A DNA stretch of 61,785 nucleotides, counting the filler, from Sphacelaria rigidula (taxonomy: Eukaryota): the NCBI GenBank assembly GCA_964200075.2. It is 3 parts of 3 records of this genome, joined end to end, with 100 filler letters (N's around TTAATTAATTAA, not from the genome) between each part and the next. Parts side by side here need not be neighbours in the genome. Positions count along the whole stretch, not along the records: positions 20,660 to 41,190 come from CAXNAA020000520.1; positions 41,291 to 61,785 come from CAXNAA020000521.1; 1 more part is not named here. One strand, given 5' to 3'. The notes beneath the pieces are model-generated. The model was given only the letters and a program-made list of their open reading frames with translations, made no database searches and had not been told where the DNA came from. Position numbers and translations under genes: made by a program. Below, piece after piece: positions 37,301 to 50,464 of this stretch (positions are counted from its first letter, which is position 1; every line of letters begins with the position of its first letter).

Positions 37301-38805
37301 TCTTCCATCAATCAGGGGGAAGATATCCCAAACAGAAAGGCCCCATCCATCCCATTTTATTATCATATTTTCACCGGGCGCTACAGCAGCCCCTCACCCA
37401 CTCCATATTTCAGCACATTATTGTGTCCGGGATCGTGTGTGTATGCCGGGTCTTTTTCAAAGTTTTGACATGACGGGTTGGTTCTTCATTCCTTCATGTC
37501 TCTTCTCGATACGTGCGCCCTCTTATTGTCCGCATGCATGCATGCACATAGTGTGCTGCATGCTCCAGGGTGAGCCCACCCACCCTGGTTAATTTGGCGT
37601 GGTCCCTCGACATCTGCGGCCCTCTTGTTTTGGCTCGAAACCGAAACCGCGCCATCGTTTACGAATCTTGGTCGTTGTTGCAGTTGGTCTCGGACTATAC
37701 CGTACACAGGTTCTATACCGATGTACCGACTCTCTGAATACATCTTATTATTTTAGCCCTGCGTCCTCACGTTTGCGTCTGCACTACGGGTATCTGTGCT
37801 TTGCCACCCTTGCTTTACCATGGACCCCTGGATATGTAGTTGTGGTTATTCACCCATGATCCAAGCCGGGTTGTTCGCATTTTGGTTCACGTACTTAAAT
37901 ATTGCGGAAAAGGATTCCGTTCCCCCGTGGAGATCCCGTCTAAAAAAAATGCCGACCAGTCGATTCGAGAAATCTAAGCTCCCCGCTAGGGTCGATCATC
38001 GGCACTATTTTACTTGAAAAATGAATATATTATCCAGATCACTCGCCCCCTATCAACCAAACAAAATGGCGGCCAGCGTCTCCTTCGTTTGACCTGTCGA
38101 AAAGCCCTGTTACAGGTGTTTATCTCACTGCACTTTTGTGTTATTCTACTGTGACGGTGGATCCACTCAATGCGCATCGTACCATGTCGACAAATGAGAC
38201 GTGTTTGTGTTTTGTGTGTCCCGAACGGTGGTGGGTGAGCAAAAAGACTCATCACGCTCAAAACCACTCACAGGGGAGCGAGAGGCGATACCTCGAGACC
38301 CAATTTCTGGAAAATGAAGCAACTTTGAAAACGACTAGACTATCATGCTACTCGTACATCAAACCGGTCCGGGCCACGTCCCACCTTGCGCATGCAATCG
38401 CACTGCATCATGCTATATTAGCAGCGCGAGCGCCCAATATCATGATACTACCCCAAAGAGCAAAAGTAGTGTCCACTACCGTCTACTGTGCATGTACTAT
38501 GGTCCTCCTGGCCCAAACTACTTGAAACAAGCACGAGTGCTGATGTTCAGGAGTCCCCAGATTCCCACGGTAGAAATGTCAACGAACAATGCGATGGGAA
38601 GGAAGTCATTAAAAAAAGTGAACGTGATGTGTGAATGTAAATGCGAAAGCATGTAAAAGAAGTGAACATGTTTGTCTATCGGTAGCCGTTTCAAAGCCCG
38701 CGGCATGTACCGAAAATCTGGTTTTCTGGTGGTTTTACCGCAATGTAGAGGATGACAAACGTTTCAACGTAGGTGGCTCTTCGTAGATCGAATGGGAGAG
38801 TTGTC

Positions 38806-39331
38806 GGCAACCAACCCGTGTTTGTACTAATATGAGGATTTTGGCTCGTCTACAGGCGATTTTTTCCGTGCATTAATTTTTCTGACCCCAGTCCGTTCAG
38901 CAATAATTTTCGGCTAGCTGAGGAAACCAGATAAATTCTCCGCTTCTCTGGACGTTGACTTTTGGTTCATCACCTTTGTGCTCAGGTCGGGAGGGACACT
39001 CCCGCATCTCCCCCGAATCGGAGGCACGGCATAAATTCTCCGATTCTCTGGACATTAACTTTTGGTTCACCACCTTTCTGCTCAAATCGGGACACTTGCG
39101 CACCTCCCCCGAACGCCCCGTTTTGGGGGAGATGCGGGAGTGTCCCGATCTGATCAGAGAGATGATAACGAAAGGTCAACGTCCAAAGAATCGGAGAATT
39201 GATCTGGTTTCCTCAGAGCTAGCAGAAAAATCATGCTCAACGGACTAGGGTCCGAAAAATCATTTCATGGGAGAAAATCGCCTGTGCACGGGTTGAAATC
39301 CTCATATTTGTACCAATACGCATCGATTGCC
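38806..39331. mobile_element. Foldback MITE with long arms and an internal ~100-bp duplication
   Basis: ggcaacc..tttgtactaatatgaggattt..caggcgattttt..gtccgtt..gctagctgaggaaaccagat is mirrored by atctggtttcctcagagctagc..aacggac..aaaatcgcctg..aaatcctcatatttgtacc..ttgcc; ataaattctccg..ctctggac is repeated at 38931 and 39031. Confidence 0.85.
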
Positions 39332-39504
39332 ATAAGAATTGGTGTAACCAATGGGGTTCAAGCAGCCGCAGAGGTTGAATCAGCGGAACTGTGAGGACGC
39401 TTTTAAGCGACCAGGCCTTTCTGTTCCGAGAATGTATCCTATGAATCGCAGACCCGCGGACATTTGTAGTATTTAGTACAAGTATTTACTATTGCAATTT
39501 AGTT

Positions 39505-39650
39505 TATTTACCGTCAACGAGGGAAAGGGACCGCTGAACCCCTTTCGCGATGAAGAATAAGCCGAGTACCGCAGAAGGAAGGTGAATTACTTTGGAAAAA
39601 AAAAAACTCCTGTGTTCCCTTTCCTCCTGTGCGACCCCGGTTGATACACT
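39505..39650. repeat. Dispersed repeat; inverted copy at ~45815-45980
   Basis: cgagggaaagggaccgctgaacccctttcgcgat here versus atcgcgagaggggttcagcagtccctttccctcg. Confidence 0.75.
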
Positions 39651-40584
39651 CAGAAATTGTGGGATGACGACGCACACACACGTAACCCTTTCATGCTGCA
39701 AACTTCCTTGTTTGGGATAAAATATGGGGAGTGTATCACTCGATATCCGTGGTTGTTTCCCGAAGTTGAAGATGTGCGGCGCCGTCGCCTCACTGCCATA
39801 ACATCAGGACTAGGGCTTTTCAAACGCCATCCAACATGCGGTGGGTGGTGGCAGGGTCATCGCTCATGGCGGTCTCCAATATGAATGTACAGTCCAAGTC
39901 CAGAAGACAGTACGGTATGGATATATTGTGGAGGTGGCGACGACCCTGCGGACCCAGACCCCCCTGTTGTCATGTAGGCGTTGGGTCGTTCATCACTATT
40001 CCGGACCCCCCACACAGCTTGGCCAACAAAAGGTCACCTGCACAACTGTGCGATTAAGATATGGTGTGGTGTGTAGGTGTAGCTCACTTTTTTCTCTCGT
40101 TTCTCCGGACGGGGATTCGTTTTTATTTTTGGCAAAAGACACCGTGCCTTCGTGTAGCAAGTGAATCTTGGCCCGCTACGGAGGCCACTGCCCCACACAC
40201 CAACACCAGTAGCTGCTCTGCGGTCGCGTGTGCATCTCCGCTGTTGCAAGCGTCAATGCCAGCGCGTGCGGGATACAGAGGCGCACAAGGCGTAGCCATC
40301 ATGCCCGCCTTAACCCTTTGAGGGCCCTCCCCTCCCGTCCCTGGTCCAGACGCATCATTATTTCAAGCGCCGACAAATAAGAAAATATGAGAAAAAAAAA
40401 TACCGAGAGCAACCATTTTTACGGCGGAAGGCCACAGAAGAATCCACCGACATATGTCATGCTCGCACCGAGTATGTCGCCCCGGTGCGGTCGGACTAGA
40501 GTAGTCAGCATCAGAAGTTTTCAGAATTCGTATTTGTCCTTTTCTCTAAGTTTTTCTGGAGTACCGTTCTTCACTACTACTTGG

Positions 40585-41040
40585 AAGTGCTAGCGCCGGT
40601 AGATTTAGGGGGAAAGCGTAGGCCGCGCTCAAAATGCAGTGCTCACGTTGGTGTTTTTGGGGCGATACGGACTTGATACCCCGTTTATCAGGAGGGTGTT
40701 GTTGACTGTTTTTGGTCCAAAATGAGCAGTTTTTCCGCTTCTCAGCGACGAAACGGTAAGTATTCAGATGAATTAACACGTATAAAATTGTTCACAATAA
40801 CGATCGAGATCGTGTTTTCCTCTTATACTGTACAGACCTCAGTCTAGCATTTTCTGCGGGTGGCCTATTTTACTTTTTTTTTTCGCACAACATTTTCCAT
40901 TAGCACTCCAAAGTGCTAGCGTCGATAGTTTTGGCAACAGAAGCGAACCGTGCTCAAATCACAAGCGCCCAAGTTGGTGTTGTGGGGGCGATACCGGTTA
41001 AAGACCACGTTCATCAGGAGGGTGTTATTTACCGTAAATG
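40585..41040. repeat. Diverged direct repeat pair (~326-bp spacing), probably TE subterminal sequence
   Basis: aagtgctagcg..gctcaaa..gttggtgtt..ggggcgatac..atcaggagggtgtt at ~40586 and ~40911. Confidence 0.65.
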
Positions 41041-41190
41041 GTCCTAGAGACATAATTTTCCTGCTTTAGCGCAGCGACTAGGTGGAATTAAAAAAAAAAT
41101 GAGTCCTCACTTGTAGAAACCGGGTCGAGTCGGTCCACCAAAAATACCGAAAAGCTAGAGCCTGGGGTCGTATTTTCGCAGGACCCCCGA

Positions 41191-41290
41191 NNNNNNNNNN
41201 NNNNNNNNNNNNNNNNNNNNNNNNNNNNNNNNNNTTAATTAATTAANNNNNNNNNNNNNNNNNNNNNNNNNNNNNNNNNNNNNNNNNNNN
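41191..41290. other. Assembly gap with artificial TTAATTAATTAA spacer
   Basis: N run with the same spacer as 20560-20659. Confidence 0.97.
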
Positions 41291-41849
41291 GATCAACCCA
41301 TCTCTCCCCCGACACGCGCCTTTCATTTTGGTCTCGCGGATTGGGTCAGCACTCCCGCACCGCAACCTCGGAACCCTACAAAGTCGGGAGGGGGGGGGTG
41401 ATGTTAATCCTACACTACAGAAGAGGTGAATTGGCACAAGTGTTGATCGAGGATACATCACCTTTTTTACAGTCCGCGGTATCGTTTACCCTGATGCCCC
41501 TGGTTGCGCTGTTGATGACAACTGTACAGTTGGTCATCTTGATCGTCGCGATTACGTGATTTTCAGCTCCGACGCAGGGTGCGGTAGGTGTTGCCACCAC
41601 CTACCCTTTCATGGCGACAAACGGAGACAAGGAGTTCGCAGCCTGATCCGATCATGCTGACATTTCTGTGATATTTTCCCAGACGAGTCGTGGCACGATA
41701 TTGTAATGTACGTGAACAGTAGTCACCAGTAAGGAAATATCGCGCGGTCATTTAATTATTATGCGACTTGACTGAGATAACCACACTGTCTGCGAGACGC
41801 CCCTCAGCTCACCTCGACCCCTCTTTTTGCCATCAAAACGATGAATTAG

Positions 41850-43567
41850 GTGGCGATAGAGGAGGGCGTTCTCTTCGGAGCGGGAAAAATCATGCAGTAC
41901 CAGAGCACAATGGCGAAGGACGATGCTCGGACGTACTTTATGCCGAACGCAGAGGCCATGGGCGTGGTCTCCCGCGTTGCGGAGATGGTGGGTTCCAGCA
42001 GCGTAGAGCTTGAGGGAGTGGGGACGCAGTATATCGGCATGCAGGAGTATGCGGAAGCGCTCGCCTGGCCTAAGGATGCGGAGACCGGACTACGGTGAGC
42101 GCACATTAATTGCTTCTGCCCTAGGCTGACATCGCTTCACGCACAACAAGCCTATGAGTGAGCAGAATATCGCCCCATATGTCATCGCTCCACACGTGAA
42201 GTGATGTTGTAGCGTCACCTTTATGCTACACCGAGTGAGGAGATTGTTATCCTTTTATAGCTGTTTGTCGGCACCTCATGCAAGAAAAAATTCCCCATAT
42301 CGTACTTGTTATACGCCTCTTTTTCCTTTTTCCTCTTTGCTTTTTTCATGGGGGGGGGGAATTCTTGGCAGAAACGGGAACTCACGATATCTTCTCTGCA
42401 GTTTACGTATCCAAGCTTATCAAAAAAATATCAGGGCTCATTACGTTAGACGTCACAACTTCACGTAACACGTCACAACTAAACGTTACGCGTCACAAAG
42501 TTCGTTACACGTGGAGCCCTGTGTAAAGTTAAGTCAAATCAAACTGAGCGTCGGGCCTGACTGGTTAGTGCTACGGTGTGGGACCATGTAGGCCACCACC
42601 GCAGTACTAGCCTGGCTTAACTTGTGACGTGTAAGGAACTTTGTGACGTGTAACGTGAAGAGCCCTGGCAAATATCCCCTCATCGGACTTCCCCCCCTCC
42701 ACCCCTCCGAATGCCTGCACTTTATTTCGATTTTGGTGTTTACGCTACAGTTGCATTTGTGGGTTTATTTGGACCAAAATAAACCCAGAAAAGATTCTTG
42801 AACTAGCTGTGCTTAACTTCCCGCTCTATCGTAATTATGCATCTCCCCCGTTTTAAATACGGGTAAACCCTACCCGACCTGGCGTTGCACAATTTTACCA
42901 AATGCGTTCACCCTGTGCACTGCACATTGCTTGTTCTCTGTGTGATGGCATGACAATCCTCTCGTAGTCTGGGTTAGTCAGACTTCCGGCGGATAAAACC
43001 AGAATATCTGCTGTTTTCTGGTAGTCGGACGGCACCGACTATTGGCGTTCTAATCATATATTAACTGTAGCATACGGGTAGTGCCGCCATTCAAGCATCT
43101 CTTCTCTGGCGTGATGCTCGAGTTTCGTGTTTCCTCTTTGGACTACCAACAGCCACTATGTACGTTTTAGCGCGGGGTTCTTTTTCAGGCGTCACACCGT
43201 GTGCTTAAGTTTTCACATTTTGACGAACTTGAGGTTCATGTTCTTTTGATTGCCAAACTCTCAAAGTGGCGGCGCTACCTGCACACACTCAATGTGCAAC
43301 GGAGGGGAGTGACTCCAAGCAGCGGGGTTGAGAGGTACAAATTATTTGGAGCGAGTCCCAAGGTGCAGGCTTTGAGCGGCACGCTTGGTGCTCGAGCAAA
43401 TTACGCAAGGCTTCAAGTCGGCTACACAACATTTGATATCTGCTCATGAGTTGCCCAAACAGTTGCGGAATTCCGGCTCTCACTAAAAAAATTGCCGTCT
43501 GCAGCTCCAATGCCGTATGTCTTGATCCAAGATCTTCCCTCACGAGAAAGTCACATGTTATGCGTTG

Positions 43568-43600
<33 letters not shown>

Positions 43601-46257
43601 CGCAACACCCTGTGAACGAAGCGTGTATTACAACATTTCCATTCTCGCTGTGATGAAGAAGAACTTTTGTGACAACAGCAACAACAACAACAACAACAAC
43701 ACAGATATGGCTTTCCAGCTAAGACGCGTCGATCATGGGGGTGGCTGGAAGGCGGAGACTACGACGACGATGGACAGTACGCTTTCGAGGACGAGCCGTG
43801 GGAGGACGAGGAGGACGATGACGAGGACGAGGACAGTGATGATGACGAACAGGAGCAGGTGGAGGGCCCGGGGTGGGCCGGAGTACTGGGGCAGACGGGA
43901 ACGGGAGTCGGCGGTGGCGGGTTGGAGACTACGGTGGTGGAGCAAGCCGCTGCGGTGCAGCCGGCGGGCAAAGTGGTGCCGGTGAAGAGCCGAGAAGAAC
44001 TACGAGCGCTTGCGGGCAAGGGCGGTGCGATTTGTTTCGTGAGCTCTAGGAGCTGCCGGGCCTGCAAGTACTTATCCCCGTGAGTTGTTGTCGTTGTTGT
44101 TTCTCACATGATTAATTGCCCTTTTCCAGAAATCTAGCACCCGTGTCCATAAAGCAACGACACACAAAGACAGAGTGGAGAGAAAAAATAAAAGTATGCT
44201 CACGAATACGAATGCGCGGCGTCCCGAAGGGTGGGATTTCACAAACACGTGTTTGTGTTTTGTATTGGAATGGTTGCGTATTTTTTCATATTGAAAACGA
44301 GTGTGAAGGCATTTTGTATCGTCGAAAATGATGTTTACGATGGACGTTTTCGGGCAGTATTTCAGCAGGCAAACTTCTTATAGTTCATGTACAACATCCT
44401 CATCATATCTTGTCAATACTTGTAATCGCCTCTCCTGTTTTTGTGCGGTTGTACCTTTCGTTTTTTTTTTTTTCTGGGGAACTGGGGGAGGGAGTGTACT
44501 CATAATCCTGCATGCCGTAGTCGGGGGGAGGGGCATAAAGCGAATATTCAACAGGCTTGCAGATACTCGAGGATGAGATGTAAAGATATTCACGATAGGT
44601 CAGCGCAAACAAATGAAGTGGGGATCGTGTCCACAGGGTTCGGAGTCGTTCCGTCATGCAGGAAATAAGGCAGGGGTTTTGCGGCCGCGAGCGGCGTTTT
44701 GTGGTGAAGGTTGAGGCTCGTTCGTGCCGCGAGGAGAACGATTGTTTTTTCCCCTCTTGACCCGAGGTGCTTGTTTCTGTGTGCTTGTGGTTTGTTTTGT
44801 GTATATTTGTGTCCCGTGTGCCCACACCATTTCGCGCGGCCTTCTTGAGAAGTTCTGAGGCCACCTGCCGTGTTCATGCGTAGACCTTGTGCAGTTTGGC
44901 CATGCCTCCCGCGTGAGGGTTTGCGTCGGTTGGCAACGACGCTGTAAGACACGCCACTCACTGCGTAACCTAGGCAACCAGGTTACCGTTTTTTTTCGCT
45001 TGCGCGTCTTTCGCGGTAACCATGATGGTGGTCGAGCTCGATCATATTGTGCGGGGTGGGAAACCCGAACTCTGAGCAAAGGAGACGATCGTTCTGCGTG
45101 GTGCTGAGTGATGAGACACTCATAAGGCAGTGTAAGCCGTGGCTATCTCTGGAAGTGGCGATACCAGAAGATGAAAAAACTCGTTGTAGGCTGGAAGTCA
45201 TGTGCAAGACGATCAATACGCCTCAAGCTGCACAATCTTAGCAGGATGCAGCTCACTCTTTCATGAAAGTCGCCGAACACATCACGGCGCTTCGCGCTTG
45301 GTGACTGATCCTGAGCCTGACGCGGCGGAAACCCGGCGTGCTCCGTCCTGGCTTTGTAGGAATGCGAGGTCAATGGTCTCAAGTCTACGGCATGGAAGAC
45401 CATGAGTACATCCCTCCCCCCCAAAAAAACAGGAGGGGGATGAGATATGTAAAAGGTTTTTGTGCAGTGTATGGAAGAAACGTAATGAACGCCGGAATGT
45501 TGAAAGTGTCTCTATTTGGAGTAGGAACGGTGCTCCGTCTCGAAAGGGATGCGTGGTCAATGGTCAAACGGCTAGGGCAAGCAACAAATGAGTACGCCCC
45601 CCCCCCCCCCTCCCCCCCCACGCCTCCATTGTCATCAAGGTCAAACGTTTCGATCCATCTGTTTGACTAGGGGGGGGATGTTGTCCTGACGCTTTGGGTC
45701 TTTCGTATCGAGTCGTTCAAAACGAGCTTTCATATCCCGAATTTTGTGTCACTGTGTGTGTGTTGTCGTCCCTTCTATTCTGGACGCCAGTCTATACCTT
45801 TCGGTATAAGTGGGCGCATCAGCCGGGGTCACACAGGAGGAAGGTCAGCACAGGAGCTTTTTATTTTTATTTGTTTTTAGTACCCCACCTTCCTTGTGCG
45901 GTGCTTGCCNNNNNNNNNNCTCTATTTTTTATCGCGAGAGGGGTTCAGCAGTCCCTTTCCCTCGTCGACCGTAAAGTCAAATTTGTTGTCACTGCCGGAA
46001 TTTTTTGTCGTGACGGACCGATCCATGCTTCGTTGTTCGCCTGCCAAGCCAGGTTTTACCGCAAGCTGGCCCGCAAACAGCAGTTCCTTTGGTTCGGGCA
46101 CATCGACGCCACGGCGCATCCGGAGCTTGCCCATGAGCTGGGTACGAAAGCCGTCCCTGCGTTTGTTACGTTTCGAGGGGGCGAGCTCGTGACGTCCGCG
46201 ACCACAAGCAATAAGAAAAAAATCGAGCAGCTCGTGGAGGCGTTGTTGCTGGAATGA
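41850..46257 (+). CDS. 3' part of a spliced host gene with an acidic linker and C-terminal thioredoxin-like domain; exons 41850-42094, 43705-44079, 46053-46257
   Basis: AG/GT borders join in phase (CG|A, CC|G), giving ..ETGLR-YGFPAKT..EDEEDDDEDED..ICFVSSRSCRACKYLSP-FYRKLA..FGHIDATAHPELAHELGTKAVPAFVTFRGGE..stop. It has a CxxC and the cis-Pro VP.F motif. 5' exons are not visible and may lie in or beyond the gap. Confidence 0.85.
42432..42667. mobile_element. hAT-like MITE in an intron
   Basis: Termini cagggctc / gagccctg; subterminal cgtcacaa / ttgtgacg repeats; flanks aaaaatat / gcaaatat form an imperfect 8-bp TSD. Confidence 0.75.
45105..45420. repeat. Dispersed repeat; second copy at ~47690-47990
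   Basis: gtgatgagaca..ccgtggct..tggcgatacca..actcgttg..tcgccgaacacatc..gcgcttc..aaacccggcg is shared by both copies. Confidence 0.75.
45420..45620 (+). mobile_element. Short 3'-end copy of the LINE at 57052-58491, with C-rich tail
   Basis: ggagtaggaacggtgctccgtctcg..gcgtggtcaatg..gcaagcaacaaat.agtacgcccc matches ~58405-58490. Confidence 0.85.
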
Positions 46258-48564
46258 AGTGGGATCCATCTCAGCCTAGTCTCGATCTCAGGCAATGGAT
46301 CGGGAGGAAACACCAGAAGTCTTGATTTGTAGCATGGAGTGGTGAAAATGATCACCCTGGGCGTTTTATTCGTCTCTCACCTGCTGCCGTAGAGAGTAAT
46401 ACGGATTTGGGAAATTCTCGAAGGAATAGTTTGAAGTACTCTGAGAATGTATTTTTGTTGTGTGCTTTTCCTAGTCGTTTCCTTCTTCCGTCCTCCTTTT
46501 TTTCGCGTTGCACACAGACCATGAATGGAATATTCATATTTGTATGTTGCCCAAGTAGTACGCGCGCCCTGTACAAAAATGATCACAGCGGCAGCGGATT
46601 TGTTTTCGTTTGCTTTTGGTGTGGTTTGTCTGGATTGGTATTTCGTCCTTTTTGTTGTTGAGGTACCGGGGGTGGAGATGTTCAACTGTACAGTACTCGT
46701 CTGGAAAACCTCGTCATTCAGCATCGCGCAGGCGCCTGAGAGGCGTCGTCACAAATATTTAGAGCGTATGGTATATTATGTGGTTTACCTAACTGGGCGC
46801 GAATAGCGTAGCGAATCCTCAAGTTAGAGATACACGAGTTTGGCGTTCGAGAGGTCTAACGGATGCATGTCGTTACCATGGAAAGCGGGACGTGAGCAGA
46901 GCAGCTGCAAGGCTTTTCGTTTTCGGAATTCGTGTCCATGCGATGAGTAAGGTTCAATTGCAGGTCCTTCTCTTTCGGATATCTATCAGCAAAGTTAGCG
47001 GTGTAATCGCCCGTGTGAATATGTTTGTGGTATGAGAGCGACGTGCGCTGCGTGGTGAATTCGTTTACATCGATAGCTCTGTCCGATACAACACGTTTCC
47101 TTCTAGAAATATGGACGATCTTGAATATTTTATATATATATATATATATATATACGTCTGTGTGTGGTATCGAATTGAGAGCCATTGGTCAGTGCTATGT
47201 TACGCTGGCAACGGTTTCCAACCCCATATGCGCTTCGCATTCTCTATCGCCCTCCTCAAAGAAGTGTTGGCGGTAGTTTCACGTCGTTTGTGGCGTCGAA
47301 CCCATTGGTTTGTTGTCCCTGCACGTACGTACAGTCAGTACCACTTGCAATCTCCCATGAATTCGTCATTCCTCTTGTTTTTTTTTCTTCGCGGAGACTT
47401 GGGCGACAGTCCAGTATCGTGCAGCCAGGGTGCACCGTTTCCCGGTACTTCACGAGAGTGATCCTACCGTAGATGGGATGGGTAGTTGATCACGAGAAGT
47501 TGATGGGTGCTAGACGAGCCTGTGCGCTCGTGTGTGGGTGAAGCCACGCTGTCAGCGGCGGTCAAGCGGTGTTGATGAGTGTGTTATGTTGACATCATCA
47601 CTAGGATCTTTCAAAGAGAATTTGCTGCCTGTATCGGCGCTTCACATTAGCTTCGTCATGCAAGACGTGGTTTCCTCCCCCATACCCCCCCGTGATGAGA
47701 CATCCATGAGGCCGTGTGGAACCCGTGGCTGTCTTTGGAATTGGCGATACCAAAAAATGAATCAACTCGTTGGCGGCTGTCATCTATATCCAAGATATTT
47801 GGTACGCTTCGAGCCGAACAGTTCACTCCTTTATGCGACTCGCCGAACACATCGCAGCGCTTCACGCCTGGTGATTGATTGCGAGCCTGGTCTGGCGAAA
47901 ACCCGGCGAGCTTCGTCCCGGCTTCGTAAGGATGCGACATGAACGGTATTTTGACTACGGCATTGAAGATCGTGAGTACATCCATACCCCCAGAGTATCT
48001 TGAGGCAGTGTCTTCAACGCATATGTGGTACTCCATGCACTTCTTAAGTGGGAGGCCGAACCGTTCAGTGAGTTTTCCGTGGGGTCGCGATTAAGCGACT
48101 TGCATGGAGAATGATTCGAACTCGTGGATTTGGTACGGGTTTTGAATGTCGTCGTCTACCGGGAGCCGAGCGGGTGACCCCTTTAACGTGCTTGTTGCAC
48201 GCGGACGGTACATCCCAAAACGTCTACGAATCCGGGATTGAGTTTTGCGTTTACTAGGGGGGTGGAGAAGATCCTTCCTTCCTACTGCATGCGATCTTAA
48301 TACCCGTAGTTCTTGCTAAGAGTACGATGCAGTGTTATCTCCTGCAAATGAAGACCATTTTATGGCCGATTTTTTGCAAAACTCACTTCTATACCGAAAA
48401 ACGCTGCGCTACGATAACCCGTTCGCGACCTGGATAGAAGACCCAAAGATCCCTGAGTTAGCTGTACATATCTTTCCATAGCGATGACACATCAGTTGGA
48501 ACTGTTCGCTCTTATCTTGCACATGCTGCTGTCGCAGGAAGAACTGCGACGGGTTGCGCTCTCA

Positions 48565-49580
48565 TCAAGCTACCTTTTCAAAAGGAGGCAGCTCCTTGCG
48601 CCAATCACTAAACTCCACGAATTTCAGGGCATATCCGTCGGGATCCGAAACCGTCGCACACCGTGTCTGCCCGTTCACTCCGCAGTTCGCGTAGACCGGT
48701 ACGCCGAGCCCCGCCGCGATGTCTTCCACTCCTTCCACGAGTACGGCCAGCGAAATAATTGCGCCAGGGACTACAGTTTCCCCGCGCTCAGCGGGCACGA
48801 GCACAACCCCAAACGCTTGTCCCTCGTAAGCCATGAATACGCTGTCCTTCGGCTGCTCGGGCTCGAAAATGGACTCCGTCAAGCGCGCACGGGGGTACGG
48901 CATCTTCGACATCCCCGCCACGTTAGTGTACCACTTGATGGACCGCGCCAGGTCCTTCACCTTAAGGACAACAAACATTGGGGGGTCTCTTCGCGATCCG
49001 CTCAACAGCCTGACGCGCAGCCCACCCGGGGCCAACATCTGCATGTATCCATACCCCGACTCTACAATCGCCCCCGCCTTGATGAGAGAGGAAATCCGGT
49101 AGGAATCTACCGCGATCTGCAAGCACTGAAATCCGTTCCCCGGTTCGTAAAATACGCCAACTTCTTCTTCTTCAGCTATTCCCCCGCCCGTTTTTTGTGC
49201 GTTGAGCTCCAGACTAAAGTGACCCCCGTAAGCCGCAAAAGAGCTTACTCCGGGTCTGAAGTCTGGAGGCTGCTCCAGGGCCTCCGGGCCAAACCCTAGC
49301 ACTATGATTTCGGACTGGGGAGTTGAGCCCTTGCGCAGTACCTTCATGCCCACCCCGTCCGTCCAGAATTTCACCGCCGCGGCCATATCTGTCACCTGCA
49401 CTGTGGCATGCTGCGCGAATCGAGACTGGTTCTGAAACTCGATTAAGTCTCCGATCGCGTTAACGGAGTCTGAGGCAGTAACAGTTGTCCCGGCACCCGC
49501 GAGGAGTAAGGCGACCGCAGCGGTGGTGCGAAGGAAGGTGGCACGGCCGACTGTTTGTTGTGGTTTTTGCTTCGATTGTT

Positions 49581-49611
<31 letters not shown>

Positions 49612-50464
49612 TTTGCGGCGGGACACGCGTCCTGGCTGATCAATCTCCGTGCCGTCGCTGTATAAGGAAGACGGGGCGATGCCCATACGTGGTGGTTGGC
49701 GACTCGAACAAGATTGATAGCTCCCGCCACTACTCCTACTACGCCGGCAGTGGTTGCGATGCAACATACATCGCTCAATTGTTGCTGCAGCGTATGTGTA
49801 CGTGTGTGTAAGGGCGCGCGGGGGAAGACATAGAACGCCAGGCCTTCAGTTTTGTACGCGGGTCAAAGGGACAGGGCAGTAGTTCGTGTCAGCTGGACCA
49901 TACCACTCAACATTGGCTCGCTCATGGAAGACCCATGATGGGTTGATGTGTGGCGGGGAGCAAGGACCCCGTCGCAGGAGCGTGAACACGCTGCTATCCA
50001 CGCGCGTGTGCGTGTTCGGGGTGTAAAATATTGGAGTCCAAACACATGCAAGCATTGGCATGCGATGCAAGAGGTGATATCCACCATGACAACGCGACTT
50101 TCGCCTGCACATAAACTGCGACTACCTGAACGTAAGCCCTTCGCCACTACTGTGCTGTGTTCCGGTTAGAGGGGTCTGCGACTCGAGTACAGTACCGACA
50201 AAACCGTAGCTTCATGCACTACTATCATGCCAGTGACTGGAGCACAGCGTAAGCACATTTATGGGGAGTCCGACGCGTATTTATTGTAGCAACCGACGAG
50301 ACTGTCCTGGTCAACGAGGCGAGGGGAAGGGAACAGAACGGATCGCTCTACCCACCTTGTAGAAACGCAGTTGATGTGTGGAGGCAGCAGGTGGAAATAC
50401 TCAACACCAGAAACAACAGGCACACCGCCGAACAGTTGCTGCCTCGTGCTGGTACCGTTGCCAT
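48565..50464 (-). CDS. Plastid-targeted glyoxalase I-like / VOC-fold protein (two VOC domains); exons 50464-50356 and 49784-48565
   Basis: HATVQVTDMAAAVKFWTDGVGMKVLR..LGFGPE..HFSLEL..YEPGNGFQCLQI..RDP..VLKVKDLARSIKWYT..GM..DPDGYALKFVE. The upstream exon MATVPARGSNCSAVCLLFLVLSISTCCLHTSTAFLQ splices in phase (G|gt..ag|CA) into the 400-aa ORF. Confidence 0.9.

Noticed and set aside
36583-37470. Overlapping ORFs of 60-160 aa
   Set aside because: No coherent frame or recognisable motif
39690-40300. Minus-strand exon-like segments
   Set aside because: Stops in all frames and no confident family motif; possibly an old pseudogene but unsupported
48484-49299. 271-aa plus-strand ORF
   Set aside because: Antisense shadow of the glyoxalase gene, with no motifs of its own
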